The translations under genes and the position numbers were made by a program. From positions 1-64,000 of the IMG/VR virus record IMGVR_UViG_3300017681_000001: DNA of 64,000 bases; one strand, 5' to 3'. This document shows positions 7,707 through 17,829 of this stretch, one piece after another. Under the pieces are notes generated by a model. It saw only the letters and a program-made list of their open reading frames with translations. It was not told where the DNA came from and did no database searches. The stretch's first letter is position 1. Each line of letters begins with the position of its first letter. This DNA is from a virus.

Positions 7707-8174
7707 CTAGGCCGTCGGGGAGTCGGACGGGGTCGAAGCCTGCGGATCGCCCCCGGCGCTGAAACTCGGCCCGAGGGCGGCCATGAAATCCCGGAAGGCG
7801 GCCTCCATCACCTTCGCGGCGATGAGGTACATCTGCGGAGCCCGGATGTCGTCGAACATGGGCCGGCCGGCGCCCGCGCTCCAGACCGGCGCCCAGGCAT
7901 CGCCCTTGCGACGCTCGACGACGCCGAGGCACGAGGCCAGGATGAACTGCGCGTGGTCGTCACGGAGATCGGCGAACGCTGACGTCAGCGCCCGGATCAG
8001 GCCGTCGGGCGAGACGGTGTCGAAGTCGATCTTGCCCTGCCCGCTCTTCAGCGCAGCGAGCGCGGGAATCGCCATGTTGAGGAGCGGCGCGAGCTTGCGC
8101 GTCACGCTTTCCTCAACCATCGCCGACATGCGCTTGGCCTTGTAGACCTGGCCTGCCACCTCGAATTCGATCAT
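7707..8174 (-). CDS. Tail assembly chaperone
   Basis: 155 aa, located between the tube and tape measure genes. A -1 frame ORF overlaps its 3' end. Confidence 0.55.
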   Translation of the reverse strand: MIEFEVAGQVYKAKRMSAMVEESVTRKLAPLLNMAIPALAALKSGQGKIDFDTVSPDGLIRALTSAFADLRDDHAQFILASCLGVVERRKGDAWAPVWSAGAGRPMFDDIRAPQMYLIAAKVMEAAFRDFMAALGPSFSAGGDPQASTPSDSPTA

Positions 8175-8185
8175 CGCTCAGACCC

Positions 8186-8650
8186 TCAGAACGCCAGACC
8201 GGTGCCGAGCTTCTGCGAGATGTGTCCGCAGTCGAAGACCCATTCCTGCATCCCGCCCTCGGTGGCGTTCACGTTGTCGGGGAGCTTCTGGAAGGCGCAG
8301 GCGCGGGCCGTGAAGCTGTCGCCGGCCACCGGGTTGCTCGCGCTGATCACGTTGCGACCGTGGAAGGCCGAGGACGTGGTCTGGAAGTTGTAGAGGTCCA
8401 TCAGCAGCGCGTTGAGCACGCCGGTCTTCTGGACGCGGATGGTGATGGTGCCGGTGCTGGCGACGCGCAGGGAGTGCATCACCGAGCCGTCGGCGCCCGA
8501 CACCATCGTGTTCTTCGGGTCCCGCATGGCGATGGTGATGCCCTCGTCGGCGATGCCGCCCTCGGAGAGCGAGAACGTGCCGTTGGGGGCGTCAATGGCG
8601 GCCTGGAAGTCCGCGAACGAATAGGTGCCGTAAGTGCCGTTGTCGGACAT
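8186..8650 (-). CDS. Tail tube protein (DUF3277-like)
   Basis: MSDNGTYGTYSFADFQAAIDAPNGTFSL..EGITIAM...NTMVSGADGSVMHS pattern, immediately downstream of the sheath gene. Confidence 0.65.
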   Translation of the reverse strand: MSDNGTYGTYSFADFQAAIDAPNGTFSLSEGGIADEGITIAMRDPKNTMVSGADGSVMHSLRVASTGTITIRVQKTGVLNALLMDLYNFQTTSSAFHGRNVISASNPVAGDSFTARACAFQKLPDNVNATEGGMQEWVFDCGHISQKLGTGLAF

Positions 8651-8664
8651 CGATCAGACCTCGA

Positions 8665-10143
8665 TTAGCGATTGACGGAGATCAGGACGTCCACCGAATG
8701 GACCGCGCCGGCGAGCTTCACGGCGACCTGCATGGGCACCGACTTGCGGGCCTCGCGGTCCGCCTGGGACTGCAGCGCGACCGGCATGCAGTAGACGTAG
8801 AACCCGGTGTCGAGGGCGTCGCCGGTCTTCAGGGCACCGAAACCACCCGCGTTCCAGATGCCGGGCGCGACGAGTCCGTTGGCGACGGCCTGGGTCAGGC
8901 GCCCTTCGATGACGGTCTTCAGGAGATGCATGCCCGCGTCGGTCTGGGGCACCTTCGGCTGGGTCAGGAGGGTGTTGTAGAGGGCGGTCTGGATGTCGTT
9001 CTCCAGCCAGTCGAGACCCTGGACCTCGTCGAAGTACGAGCCGTCCGCCATCGTGCCTTCCTGCAGGATGGCCGTGGCGTTGTCGTAGTTCACGAAGACG
9101 TTGACGCCCTTCGCCTTCAGGGTCCGGGCCTGGGTCTCGGTCAGGGTCTCGGCAACGACGCCGGGCTCCCGCTTGAACTTCATCGTCAGGGTCGTATTCG
9201 AGCCCTGGAAGTTGATGGTCGCGGCCCGGCCGAAGAACGAGGCGACGGCGTAGGGGCTGACGCTGGCGTACTGCGTGAAGGTGCGGCGCAGGTTCGCGGT
9301 ATGGAGCAGCGAGCCGAGGTCCGTGGTCGAGGTGGGATCGATCACGGTGGTGCTGTTGAGCGTGGCGCCGAAGATGCGCTTCTTGCCCTGGGCCTCGATG
9401 AAGGAGGCGGCGGCGATCACGTCGGAGGTCGGAACGCTCGTGGCGGCCAGGATCGCGGCGTACCAGTCGCCGGACCGGTCTGCGAGGGCGGCAAGCGCCT
9501 GCACCAGCTTCTCGGCCACGATGCCGGCGACGGGCGCCGAGGCCGTGGTGGACGTCAGCTTGAGCCGGGCGGACACATCGGTGCCGGATCCGGTCGGGGT
9601 GGCGTAGGACAGCGTCGAGGTCGTGCCGGTCGAACTGCTCGCGACCTCGAAGCGACCGATGTTGGCGTTCCAGACCACCGTGGCGCCGGTGAGCGCGGTA
9701 TCAATGATGGCGGCCACCCCGTTGAGGTTGGTCGCACCGGAGAAGTCAAGGCCGGTGAGTGTCTTCACCGTGCCGTCCACCGTGATCGCCATCGACCCGG
9801 CGGTGATCGCCGTGAAATTGGTGATGAGCTGTTCGAGGCCCGTCAGGACACCGCCGCGGAGCGACCCGGAGCTGTCCGTCTGGGCGAAGCGGCCGATGTA
9901 GACGATGTTCGGCTGCGGCGACTGGCCGAAGTGGCGGGCCGCGGCCTGGTACTCCGGCGAGTTGGTCGGGAAGTCGCCCGTCACGCCCGCGAGGTTCGGA
10001 TAGGCGCGGATGCGCTCCACCGTGTCGATGACCGCGCTGGGGCCCACGATGAGCGCCGCACCGAAGTTGCGGGTCGGAGCCGCGACCGGCGAGATGCTGA
10101 CGCTGACGTTGACTACGTCACTGACGGGAAGACCGGATGCCAT
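8665..10143 (-). CDS. Tail sheath protein (DUF3383-like)
   Basis: 492 aa. N-terminus reads [30 protein letters not shown]. Size and its position before the tube gene support the call. Confidence 0.65.
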   Translation of the reverse strand: MASGLPVSDVVNVSVSISPVAAPTRNFGAALIVGPSAVIDTVERIRAYPNLAGVTGDFPTNSPEYQAAARHFGQSPQPNIVYIGRFAQTDSSGSLRGGVLTGLEQLITNFTAITAGSMAITVDGTVKTLTGLDFSGATNLNGVAAIIDTALTGATVVWNANIGRFEVASSSTGTTSTLSYATPTGSGTDVSARLKLTSTTASAPVAGIVAEKLVQALAALADRSGDWYAAILAATSVPTSDVIAAASFIEAQGKKRIFGATLNSTTVIDPTSTTDLGSLLHTANLRRTFTQYASVSPYAVASFFGRAATINFQGSNTTLTMKFKREPGVVAETLTETQARTLKAKGVNVFVNYDNATAILQEGTMADGSYFDEVQGLDWLENDIQTALYNTLLTQPKVPQTDAGMHLLKTVIEGRLTQAVANGLVAPGIWNAGGFGALKTGDALDTGFYVYCMPVALQSQADREARKSVPMQVAVKLAGAVHSVDVLISVNR

Positions 10144-10146
10144 GGT

Positions 10147-10752
10147 TCAGTTCTCCGTGGACCAAGTCTGGTCGTGGGAATCGGTGCGGATGGGGCCGTT
10201 GGCCTCGACGAGGTTGCGAACGGCGTAGGTGCGGTCGATGCGGCGGGTGAAGCTGATCGCCAGATCCTGCCGGCGCCGCGCGAGGCCGTTGGGCAGGTCG
10301 GGCACGGCGATGATCTCGCCGATGCGCAGCACGTTGATGTGCTGGCGGAACAGCGCTTCGCGGTTCTGACTGATCTTCAGCCCCGCCTTGAGGGTTGAGG
10401 CGTAGGCCTCGGAGTTCGGCCCGTAGAAGCCGGTCAGGATCTCGATGGTCTCGTAGTCCCGGAAGGTGGTGGAGCCCTCGCCGGCCCCGTCGTGGATGAG
10501 GTTGCCCCGGATGCCTGTGGTGGAGGCGATGCGCTTCACGCCCACCGCGCACCAGTTCTCATCGACGTTCGGGATGCGCGGAGCCGCCTTGCCCAGCCCC
10601 GTGGCGGATTGGAGCCGTGGCAGCACACTCGTGCCCGGCAGGCCGGTGATGCCGGCCACCATCCCCTGGAAGACGAGGTCGAGGTCGAGGTCGTGGGCGA
10701 TCGGCGCGGAGGCCGGCGCCAGATAGCCGCCAGACGCGCTGTCGTTGGGCAT
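10147..10752 (-). CDS. Putative neck / tail terminator protein
   Basis: Internal ATG at 10752 (MPNDSAS...) of ORF 10147-10842, 4 nt after the upstream stop. The call rests on position between head completion genes and the sheath. Confidence 0.4.
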   Translation of the reverse strand: MPNDSASGGYLAPASAPIAHDLDLDLVFQGMVAGITGLPGTSVLPRLQSATGLGKAAPRIPNVDENWCAVGVKRIASTTGIRGNLIHDGAGEGSTTFRDYETIEILTGFYGPNSEAYASTLKAGLKISQNREALFRQHINVLRIGEIIAVPDLPNGLARRRQDLAISFTRRIDRTYAVRNLVEANGPIRTDSHDQTWSTEN

Positions 10753-10756
10753 GGCC

Positions 10757-11140
10757 TCAGAAGCCCGGCGGATTGATCTGGTTGAGCGTGCAGGCTGCGG
10801 AGACGAAGCCCGCGCCACCTTCCGCCCAATCGTTGACGGCACGGACGGTGTAATCTCGACCCTTCCAGATCACGACGTCCGCATCGTTTTCGGCGTCACC
10901 CGTGGTGAGGGCAAAGCGCGTGTGGACCATGATCGCGCCGGACAGGCCTTGGCCTTCCAGCATGCGGTTCAGAGTTTCGCTCGCGGACGGGTCGACGGTG
11001 CCGGTGAAGGGCACGTCCGCCCAGCTGGAACTGGCCACCCCGTTGTTGCCCACGCTCACCACGCTGCGCCGTGCGATGAGCAAGGCGTTGTTGAAAAGGG
11101 CGATATCGACGAGCGGGGCGAGGAAGGCTGCGAGTTGCAT
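10757..11140 (-). CDS. Putative head-tail joining protein
   Basis: 127 aa. ATGA overlap with the upstream gene. Pattern WADVPFTGTVDPSASE...VIWKGRDYTVRAVND resembles head-tail joining proteins. Confidence 0.4.
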   Translation of the reverse strand: MQLAAFLAPLVDIALFNNALLIARRSVVSVGNNGVASSSWADVPFTGTVDPSASETLNRMLEGQGLSGAIMVHTRFALTTGDAENDADVVIWKGRDYTVRAVNDWAEGGAGFVSAACTLNQINPPGF

Positions 11141-11655
11141 CAGCGTCCCTTCTTCGGCTCAACCCGGTAGTCGATGGCGTCGTACATCTGCTCGGTGTCG
11201 AGGAGTGGCTTGGTGCTAGAGACCCCGCGCGCCCGGCGGGCCGCCAAGGTGCGCTCCGCGAGGGGCGCGAACCCGCCGCCCTCAACCCGGGCCTTCACAG
11301 CCTCTTTCGCAATAGCGCCGGCCCTGTGGAGGCCTTGCTCGACCGCGCCGCCCCCCTGCGCGGTGCCACGAAGGCTGGCGACGTCCTTGAGCGCCTGGAC
11401 GCCTGCTTGCCGTAGGATCTCGACGACCGCCGGTTGGGCATCCCGAATGCCAGGAGCAAGGAAGGGCCGAGCCGGGATGTTCAGCTCCGGTGCGCCGTTC
11501 TCCATCACGTAGCCGATGACCGCGTTGGGCGGCGCGTCCGGTTCGCTACGCGGCGGGCTATCGGCGGGGATGCCGACGGCGACGCGGTCCTTGGACATCG
11601 CCAGGACAGCCTTCACCAGCAGAGGCATCCCGCCGCCGATCACCTTTACCGCCAT
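11140..11655 (-). CDS. Virion morphogenesis / head completion protein (gpS/gpG-like)
   Basis: 171 aa. FAPLAERTLAARRARGVSSTKPLLDTEQMYDAIDYRV resembles the ..pLs..T...k...kpL.dtG.l..si motif. Confidence 0.45.
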   Translation of the reverse strand: MAVKVIGGGMPLLVKAVLAMSKDRVAVGIPADSPPRSEPDAPPNAVIGYVMENGAPELNIPARPFLAPGIRDAQPAVVEILRQAGVQALKDVASLRGTAQGGGAVEQGLHRAGAIAKEAVKARVEGGGFAPLAERTLAARRARGVSSTKPLLDTEQMYDAIDYRVEPKKGR

Positions 11656-11658
11656 GGG

Positions 11659-12066
11659 TCAGACCACCAAGACGGCCGGCTTATTGCGGCGAAGGAGTTC
11701 GAGGTAGCGCCGGCCGTAGGCGGTCGTAGCGAGGCCGCCGGCCGCCGCGGAGTCGCCTCCCGACCCGCCGCCGGCCCCTTCGGAAAAGGATGCCTTCACC
11801 GGCCCCACCTCGGCGCTGGACAGCGGCCCGGTCACGAGCATCTTCTGCCCGTTTCCGGTGTCCAGGGTCGGGGTGCCGTAGAGCTCAACGGCGAGGAGGT
11901 GGGCGGCATAGGCGAGGAGGGCCGGCTGACGGTCCGCCTCAATCCACGTTTCGTCGACTGCGCCCAGCGCTTCCTGCAGCAGCAGCGTGACGAGTTCCGG
12001 ACTCGCATCCTTGAAGGACGGGTAGCGGGCCAGGAACGTGAGCGGGAGCGGCGGCGTCAGGGCCAC
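11659..12066 (-). CDS. Head-tail connector protein (DUF4054-like)
   Basis: 135 aa, GTG start. FLARYPSFKDASPELVTLLLQEALGAVDETW....LLAYAAHLLAV pattern. Confidence 0.5.
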   Translation of the reverse strand: MALTPPLPLTFLARYPSFKDASPELVTLLLQEALGAVDETWIEADRQPALLAYAAHLLAVELYGTPTLDTGNGQKMLVTGPLSSAEVGPVKASFSEGAGGGSGGDSAAAGGLATTAYGRRYLELLRRNKPAVLVV

Positions 12067-12073
12067 GGAGGTG

Positions 12074-12526
12074 TCAGGCGGCCGGCAGCTCGCGAGCCCG
12101 CTGCAGAAGCGTCTCGCGGCTGGGATTGCCCTGGACCGGCTGGCCGCTGCGGTTCTTGATCAGGATCTTCAGATCGGCGTCCGACATCGTGGTGAGGTCG
12201 ATGTTGGCCATCGGATTGACGGCCGGGTTCGACGCCGGGCCCGGGCTCTCAGCCGGCGGCACGTTGACCGTCGGTGCGCCGGGTAGATTGGCGCTGCCGG
12301 CGACCGGGCCGCCGTTAAAGATGGGCTGAGCGATCACGGCCTCGCCTTTCGCATCCTTGCGGAGCTTCAGGACGCCTTCGTCGATCAGGAACTTCACCGT
12401 GGGGTGCTTTTCCATGTCGGCGACGGAGACCTCGTTCGCCTCCAGGACGGTCAGCCCGGCGGGGCAGACCGTCATGTTGGGCAGAATGAGATCGGTGCTG
12501 CTGGTGTTGGTCCACGTGACGGCCAT
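12074..12526 (-). CDS. Hypothetical head-module protein
   Basis: ATG at 12526 (MAVTWTNTSS...) has AAGGAGG upstream. The remainder of ORF 12074-13366 is antisense overprint of the capsid gene. Confidence 0.55.
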   Translation of the reverse strand: MAVTWTNTSSTDLILPNMTVCPAGLTVLEANEVSVADMEKHPTVKFLIDEGVLKLRKDAKGEAVIAQPIFNGGPVAGSANLPGAPTVNVPPAESPGPASNPAVNPMANIDLTTMSDADLKILIKNRSGQPVQGNPSRETLLQRARELPAA

Positions 12527-12561
12527 GGGCGGCCTCCTTTCGCTAGGGTGAGAGGCGGCGC

Positions 12562-13506
12562 CTAGATGGCGTCGAGGTAGCGGACTTCCTTGGGCAGGCG
12601 GATGTCGAGGCCGCCGAGCCGGAAAAGGCCGGGGACTTGGTAGGACAGGCCGATCGGCTGCACAGGCAGGAACATCAGCGGCATGGGATAGTGCAGCTTC
12701 AGAACCTCGGGCGCCTTGCGGTAAGCGATGAGGCGCGGGGTGCTGCCGGTGCCGAAGGTGTCGAGCGCCCGGACGCCGCGGATGTCGAGGGGCTGGCCCG
12801 TGCGGGCGGTGTAGGGGTTGTTCAGCCGGAAGAACGAGAGGATCGACTGATCCGAGCCGCTGGCGCGCGGCGTGGACGAGATCGGCAGATAGCGCGACCA
12901 GGGCACCAGCATCGTGTCGGCCATGCTGACCGTGTTGGTGTCGTTGAACCCGCCGATGATCACCGACGACATGTCGTAGATGACCTCGTCCGGGGTCTTG
13001 TGGTTCGTGCCGATCCATGCCGAGGATCCGGCAGCACCCATCGGCGCAACTTGGATCGGGACGCCAGGGTAGGAGAACAGACCCGGATAGTTCTTCTCGC
13101 TGTCGCCCAGGAGGGCGAGGCGGTCCACGAACTGCTCCGAGGCGAGGCGGGCGGCGCGCGCTTTGAAGTCGGGCAGGTTCATGTTGAGCATCTGGGCCTG
13201 CATGACCTCTTCGATGCTGAACTCGTAGCCGATGGCGGCCATGTTGACGGGGGTCTGCGCGACGTTGCCGTTCACGCTGACGAGCGGCACGTCGCGGCCC
13301 TGGCCGGACTGCCAGCGGGCCACGCCGGCGCGGTCCATGGAGTAGTAGGTGACCGAAGTCGCCCACGGGTTGGCCGAGGTGTCGACCGGGATGAGGTCGG
13401 GGTACTGCACCTCGGGGTAGCGGATCTCGTAGACCTGGGACTCAATGAACGAGGTCTGCGAGGTGACGAACCCGAGGTTCGCCTGAACGGCGTCGGCGGT
13501 GTACAT
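12562..13506 (-). CDS. Major capsid protein (DUF2184/encapsulin-like class)
   Basis: 314 aa. The call rests on its position after the scaffold and decoration genes and on its size. Confidence 0.65.
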   Translation of the reverse strand: MYTADAVQANLGFVTSQTSFIESQVYEIRYPEVQYPDLIPVDTSANPWATSVTYYSMDRAGVARWQSGQGRDVPLVSVNGNVAQTPVNMAAIGYEFSIEEVMQAQMLNMNLPDFKARAARLASEQFVDRLALLGDSEKNYPGLFSYPGVPIQVAPMGAAGSSAWIGTNHKTPDEVIYDMSSVIIGGFNDTNTVSMADTMLVPWSRYLPISSTPRASGSDQSILSFFRLNNPYTARTGQPLDIRGVRALDTFGTGSTPRLIAYRKAPEVLKLHYPMPLMFLPVQPIGLSYQVPGLFRLGGLDIRLPKEVRYLDAI

Positions 13507-13590
13507 GATGCTGAAATCCTTGCTTGCAGCGTGCGGCGCCGTGGAATGCAGGTCGCCACCGGCGACCGCTCGCAGGCAGGCCGGATGGCG

Positions 13591-14064
13591 TTAGGAGATG
13601 CGGAGGATGGCGAGGGTGTTGGCCGTCGCCGACGTGTCGAAGCGCGACCGCGGGATGGCGATGTTGTTCGTCGAGACGTTCGTGATTAGGCCAGTGGCCG
13701 GCACGAAGAACGCAGGGTCGCCGACGGCCACCTGGACGGATGCGACCACATAGATGCAGCCGAAGGTCATGATGCCGGCGGTACGGTTCTGCAGGTACAG
13801 GTTCGGCGCGTACTGTACCGAAGCGCCGGGGTTGTAGGCGTCGGCGGCCTGGTCGCGAACCGTGATGCCGAGGAACGCCGTATGCGTGGCATCAGGCAGG
13901 ATGCAGCCGTGGTCGCCGGCGCCCTGCACCACCACCTTGCCGAAGCCGATGCCGACTGCAGTCTCGACGGTGCGGGAGATGGAGTTCCACTGCTCCAGAT
14001 TGGCGCGGGCGCCCTCGTAGGCGATCGGCAGGTAGGTGTTGTAATCGGTCTGCAGGGCGGGCAT
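13591..14064 (-). CDS. Putative head decoration / cement protein
   Basis: 157 aa, between the scaffold/protease-like gene and the capsid gene. Confidence 0.4.
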   Translation of the reverse strand: MPALQTDYNTYLPIAYEGARANLEQWNSISRTVETAVGIGFGKVVVQGAGDHGCILPDATHTAFLGITVRDQAADAYNPGASVQYAPNLYLQNRTAGIMTFGCIYVVASVQVAVGDPAFFVPATGLITNVSTNNIAIPRSRFDTSATANTLAILRIS

Positions 14065-14101
14065 GGGCCGCTCCTCTGTGCTTGGTTGCGGGGAGCGGCG
14101 A

Positions 14102-15274
14102 TCAGGCCGACTGCGGGAGGTACTGGCTGGAGATGCGGGCCTTCATCGCCTCGTAGGCGCCGGCCGAATCGCCGGCCTGGACGGTGGTGGCCCGCGCCGT
14201 GACGGCCTGGCGCACGTGATCCACGGTGACGGGGCCGGCGGCCGTGAGGGTGTCGAAGGCGATGGCGACGTGGTCGTCCGTCTTGCCCTCGACAGCCTTG
14301 TCGCCGAGGCGCTTGGCGACGGTGGCGCGGCGGATGTCGGCCACGCTCTTGCCCTTGGCATCGAAAGTGGCGCCGAGGACGGGCTTGGCGGCGTCGAGGA
14401 CCGTGGCACGCTCGGCCAGGGCTGCATCGAGCTTGTCGGCCGTGAGGGTCAGGGCCTTCAGCGTGGCGATCTCGGCGTCCTTGGCGTCGACGGCGACCTT
14501 GTGGTCCGCCTGCAACTTCAGGATCTCGCCGTCCTTCGCCTCAAGGGCCGTCTTATGGTCGGCGATGAGCGCGGTCTTGTCGGCCGTGAGCTGCAGGTTG
14601 TCGGCCGTGAGGGTGCCGAGCTGGGTCTGAAGGCCCTTCACCGCGACAATCGCGGCGTCGGACATCTCGACGGCGTTGTCGCCGATCAGGTGCGTCTTCA
14701 TGGGTGTCGTCTCCCGTGCTGGGGCTGAGGTTTCGGTGGGGGTCCACGCATCGCCGATCCGGCACTGCGCGCCGGCGCGCCCTTGCGCGACGATGGCGAT
14801 GTGATCCGCGACGATGTTGGTCTGCCGGGCTTGGTAGGGCGTGCCATCCGGGGCCGTGCCGTCGCCCCAGACGATTTCGGTGCGGTAGCCGACGCTGAGT
14901 TCGCGCTTGCCGGCCTGCACCGCCTGGATCGCCGCCGCGTCCATGATCTTAAGGCCGATCTTCAGGCGCTCACCGTCCCGCAGGACTTCCTCGCCCGTGG
15001 TGCCGACCGCGACCTGCTTCCAGTTGGCCGCCGATACGCCCGTGGGCGGGTGGTCCACCGTGACGGGGATCTTGGCGAAGGAGTGCAGCGACGCGTGCGA
15101 GAACACGTCGGCCGCATCCCGGTAGACGTTGACGACGGCGAGGTCGGGCCGGCCCATCTCGGCGCCGAGGTACTGCTGCACGCCTGTGCGGGCGGTGCGG
15201 GCGAAGGCCTCTAGATAGCCGGTGTCGTTCACTCGGATGTCACCGAGTGCGACGGTATCGGTTGCGTAAAGCAT
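14102..15274 (-). CDS. Prohead scaffold/protease-like protein (DUF2213-like)
   Basis: ATG at 15274 (MLYATDTVALGDIRVNDTGYLEAFARTARTGVQQY...). A C-terminal coiled coil with repeated LQLTADKTALIADHK-type heptads fits a scaffold. Confidence 0.55.
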   Translation of the reverse strand: MLYATDTVALGDIRVNDTGYLEAFARTARTGVQQYLGAEMGRPDLAVVNVYRDAADVFSHASLHSFAKIPVTVDHPPTGVSAANWKQVAVGTTGEEVLRDGERLKIGLKIMDAAAIQAVQAGKRELSVGYRTEIVWGDGTAPDGTPYQARQTNIVADHIAIVAQGRAGAQCRIGDAWTPTETSAPARETTPMKTHLIGDNAVEMSDAAIVAVKGLQTQLGTLTADNLQLTADKTALIADHKTALEAKDGEILKLQADHKVAVDAKDAEIATLKALTLTADKLDAALAERATVLDAAKPVLGATFDAKGKSVADIRRATVAKRLGDKAVEGKTDDHVAIAFDTLTAAGPVTVDHVRQAVTARATTVQAGDSAGAYEAMKARISSQYLPQSA

Positions 15275-15282
15275 GGTGCGTC

Positions 15283-15504
15283 CTACGCCGCGTCGACTAC
15301 CGGCAGGGGGCCGTGACCGCCTTCGTGGGGGCTGGGCCAAGTTGGGCTGGACTCGGCGCATCGGAACTGCGGCGGCACTTCGGGGTGCATCGTGAGCGCC
15401 AAGACGCACGCCACCTCGGCGCACGACATGCGCCCCTGCTTCTGCATCTCCCCGACCATCTCGTGGATGCGGCCAACGATGGATTGCGCCTCTACAGAAA
15501 TCAT
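15283..15504 (-). CDS. Hypothetical small protein
   Basis: 73-aa ORF packed between the head morphogenesis and scaffold genes. Confidence 0.35.
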   Translation of the reverse strand: MISVEAQSIVGRIHEMVGEMQKQGRMSCAEVACVLALTMHPEVPPQFRCAESSPTWPSPHEGGHGPLPVVDAA

Positions 15505-15512
15505 CGCGGCCC

Positions 15513-16427
15513 CTAAATGCTAAGTCCGAGCTCGCCAGCTACGGCTCTGAGCCCGGCAGCGCGGGCCCGAGAGGGCGCAGGCTCGACAGCCTCGGCCCTG
15601 ATCCTGACGATGCCCCGCGCGACGCAGCGGCACCCATAATCCTGCCCTGGGTGGCCCCGCTCGGGCGGCCTCGCCCAGGCGAACACCTGACCGTGCCGGG
15701 CGTAGTGACTTGGGCGCGCCTTCGGATAGGGGCCGCCCGGGTTGCCGCGGACCCGCTCGTCCTCTCGGGTCCACCACTCGTATTCGGTGATGCCGGCCTG
15801 CGTCTGGCGAAACTCGTTCAGGACGGCGTTGAGGGCTTCCATCTCGCCCTTGGCCGCGCGCCCGGCCGCCTTCCGGGCCTTCGCGACCCGTTCCAGCAAC
15901 AGTGTTGCCTGCGCCTTCGCGGTGCCACCCGAAACGATGAGCGAGATCAGCCCCGCCTCAATGCCGTCGGCGACATCGGAGGCAAGCCCCTGGATGCCGG
16001 CCGTGATCTTCTGGACGATGAGCGCCGCGGTCGGCTGAAGGTCGCTCGCCTGCGCCACCGTGCTGATGTCGATGTCGATCGCCGCCTTCACGGCCTGGAC
16101 CCACCGACCATCGAAGCGCGCGATGACCCGGTTCACGAACCCGACAATGGCACCCTTTGCCCGGCCCAATCGCGTGTCCTGTGACGTCCGGAACTGCCGC
16201 ATGGCATCTCGGAAGCCGAGATCGTCGTTGGTGAGTCGTGACTGCGCCCCTCGGGCTGCCATGAGAAGCGCAGCGCGCTCCTCGGCGCCGCCGTCAATGA
16301 CGCCAACGATGATGACCCGCAGGGCGTCCGTATCGGCGCTGCGCGATCCGATCGGCCGGATGCCGACGCGGTTGCGACGCTGACCGGAGCTGCGAGCGAG
16401 GGCCCCAAGATCATACCTTCGGGGCAT
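15513..16427 (-). CDS. Head morphogenesis protein (Mu F / SPP1 gp7-like)
   Basis: C-terminus YARHGQVFAW....GHPGQDYGCRCVARG matches the H..G......HP.CRC signature. It follows the portal gene. Confidence 0.7.
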   Translation of the reverse strand: MPRRYDLGALARSSGQRRNRVGIRPIGSRSADTDALRVIIVGVIDGGAEERAALLMAARGAQSRLTNDDLGFRDAMRQFRTSQDTRLGRAKGAIVGFVNRVIARFDGRWVQAVKAAIDIDISTVAQASDLQPTAALIVQKITAGIQGLASDVADGIEAGLISLIVSGGTAKAQATLLLERVAKARKAAGRAAKGEMEALNAVLNEFRQTQAGITEYEWWTREDERVRGNPGGPYPKARPSHYARHGQVFAWARPPERGHPGQDYGCRCVARGIVRIRAEAVEPAPSRARAAGLRAVAGELGLSI

Positions 16428-17820
16428 CGAGCCGATCCGATGGGGCAGGCAACGCGCCAGAGGGGGGCTGCGGTTGGTTCAGCGCCCGCTGCGCGGCGAG
16501 GTCGTCTTCGCCGTCGTCCGGATCAATTTCGCCCGCCTCGACCTTGTCCTCGTACTCGTCGAAGGCCGCCTCCAGGCCCGGGTACTCACCACTTTCCTGA
16601 AGCTGGTTGCGCACCGCTTTGCCCAGCACTTCCTCGGGCACCAGGGCGGTGTTCACGTAGATCTGCGTCGCCTGCGCCCGCTTGTAGGCCACGTCCGCTT
16701 TCTCGCTCTCGCTAAGCTGCCAGAGCGGGTTCCAGCGATAGTGGATCTCGGGCGGCCGATTGCCGAGCGCAGACCGGATCAGCACCTCGTCGGCGCGCTC
16801 GAGATCCGGGGTGAGCTCGACGTTCTGTTCGGCTGACAAGCGGTCGTAGTAATTGCGGGTGTCGCCGTCGCCGGTGGACTGGAGGCCCGACGGGCTGTCG
16901 TTCAGGAGCCGGGTGACGGGGATGTCGGCCGCGCCGGCCGCCACCTTCAGGTAGAGCTGCAACAGGGGCGGGAAGCCCGCGAACTCGATCTGGCGGGTCT
17001 CCCACTTCTCGGCCTGCTTGTCGTCGCCGCCCTGCAGCAGCAGGACGTTGTGAACGCTCTTGATGAGGGCGGCCTGCGCGAAGCGGTTGGCGACGCGCGC
17101 CGTTCCCTCTGACGTCGCCAGGGCCTGCTGGAGCCCCGGCACGCTGACGATGTCGGTCTTGGCCTCATGGAACAGCGAGGCGACCTGTTGCAGCGATCCG
17201 CCGGCCTGCTGGACGGCGTCGTAGACCACTTGCAACTCGGAATCGCCCCAGCGCTCCTGCCCCTGAAGCTGCCGCGTCACGGGCCGTCCGATGAAGCGGA
17301 TAACCCGGGACGGATGGATCGTGATGGAGCCGCGCGTGCCGGCGCTGAGGGTGTAGTATTCCGGCTCTCCGAAGTAGGGCGACATCGGGTCGAGGATGAT
17401 CTGCTGGGCCGCCAGCTCCCACCGCGTCATGACGTGGAGGTAAAGCAGGCCGTCCCGTCCGATGCGCTCCGGCACGAGTTCCGACGACTGGTCGAGATCG
17501 GCCGTCCCAATGTAAATGGCCGCACCGCCATGTAGGCGGGCCTGCTGCTTTGCCCTCGCGACCTTGGCCTGCAGGCGCAGGCGCTTCTCGGTGGCCTCTA
17601 TCTTCTCGATCTGGTCCTCGTCGGCCTGCCACGCGCGCCACGCACGGGTCATGTCGAAGGCCGGGACGTCGATGATTTTCCGCGCGATCCAGTTCGACCG
17701 GTAGGCCGCTTCAAGCTCGCCCGGCGCGATCGGTGTGAAGTGGAACCGGGTGGACGAGCTCTTGTCCTTCCCGGTGCCCATGCCGGACACGAGATTGGAG
17801 AGGCGATCTGTCAGCCACAT
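16411..17820 (-). CDS. Portal protein (DUF1073-like)
   Basis: 469 aa with an acidic C-terminus, directly after the large terminase. Confidence 0.7.
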   Translation of the reverse strand: MWLTDRLSNLVSGMGTGKDKSSSTRFHFTPIAPGELEAAYRSNWIARKIIDVPAFDMTRAWRAWQADEDQIEKIEATEKRLRLQAKVARAKQQARLHGGAAIYIGTADLDQSSELVPERIGRDGLLYLHVMTRWELAAQQIILDPMSPYFGEPEYYTLSAGTRGSITIHPSRVIRFIGRPVTRQLQGQERWGDSELQVVYDAVQQAGGSLQQVASLFHEAKTDIVSVPGLQQALATSEGTARVANRFAQAALIKSVHNVLLLQGGDDKQAEKWETRQIEFAGFPPLLQLYLKVAAGAADIPVTRLLNDSPSGLQSTGDGDTRNYYDRLSAEQNVELTPDLERADEVLIRSALGNRPPEIHYRWNPLWQLSESEKADVAYKRAQATQIYVNTALVPEEVLGKAVRNQLQESGEYPGLEAAFDEYEDKVEAGEIDPDDGEDDLAAQRALNQPQPPSGALPAPSDRLDAPKV

Positions 17821-17829
17821 GCAGATGCC

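Noticed and set aside
7707-7932. A canonical X XXY YYZ slippery heptamer for the tail-chaperone frameshift
   Set aside because: I read the minus strand codon by codon and found none. The frameshift proposal is kept only as an architectural inference.
12074-13366. 430-aa ORF spanning the capsid gene region
   Set aside because: Only the last 150 codons (from the ATG at 12526, which has an AAGGAGG RBS) look protein-like. The upstream part is R/P/G-rich antisense or off-frame overprint of the major capsid gene.
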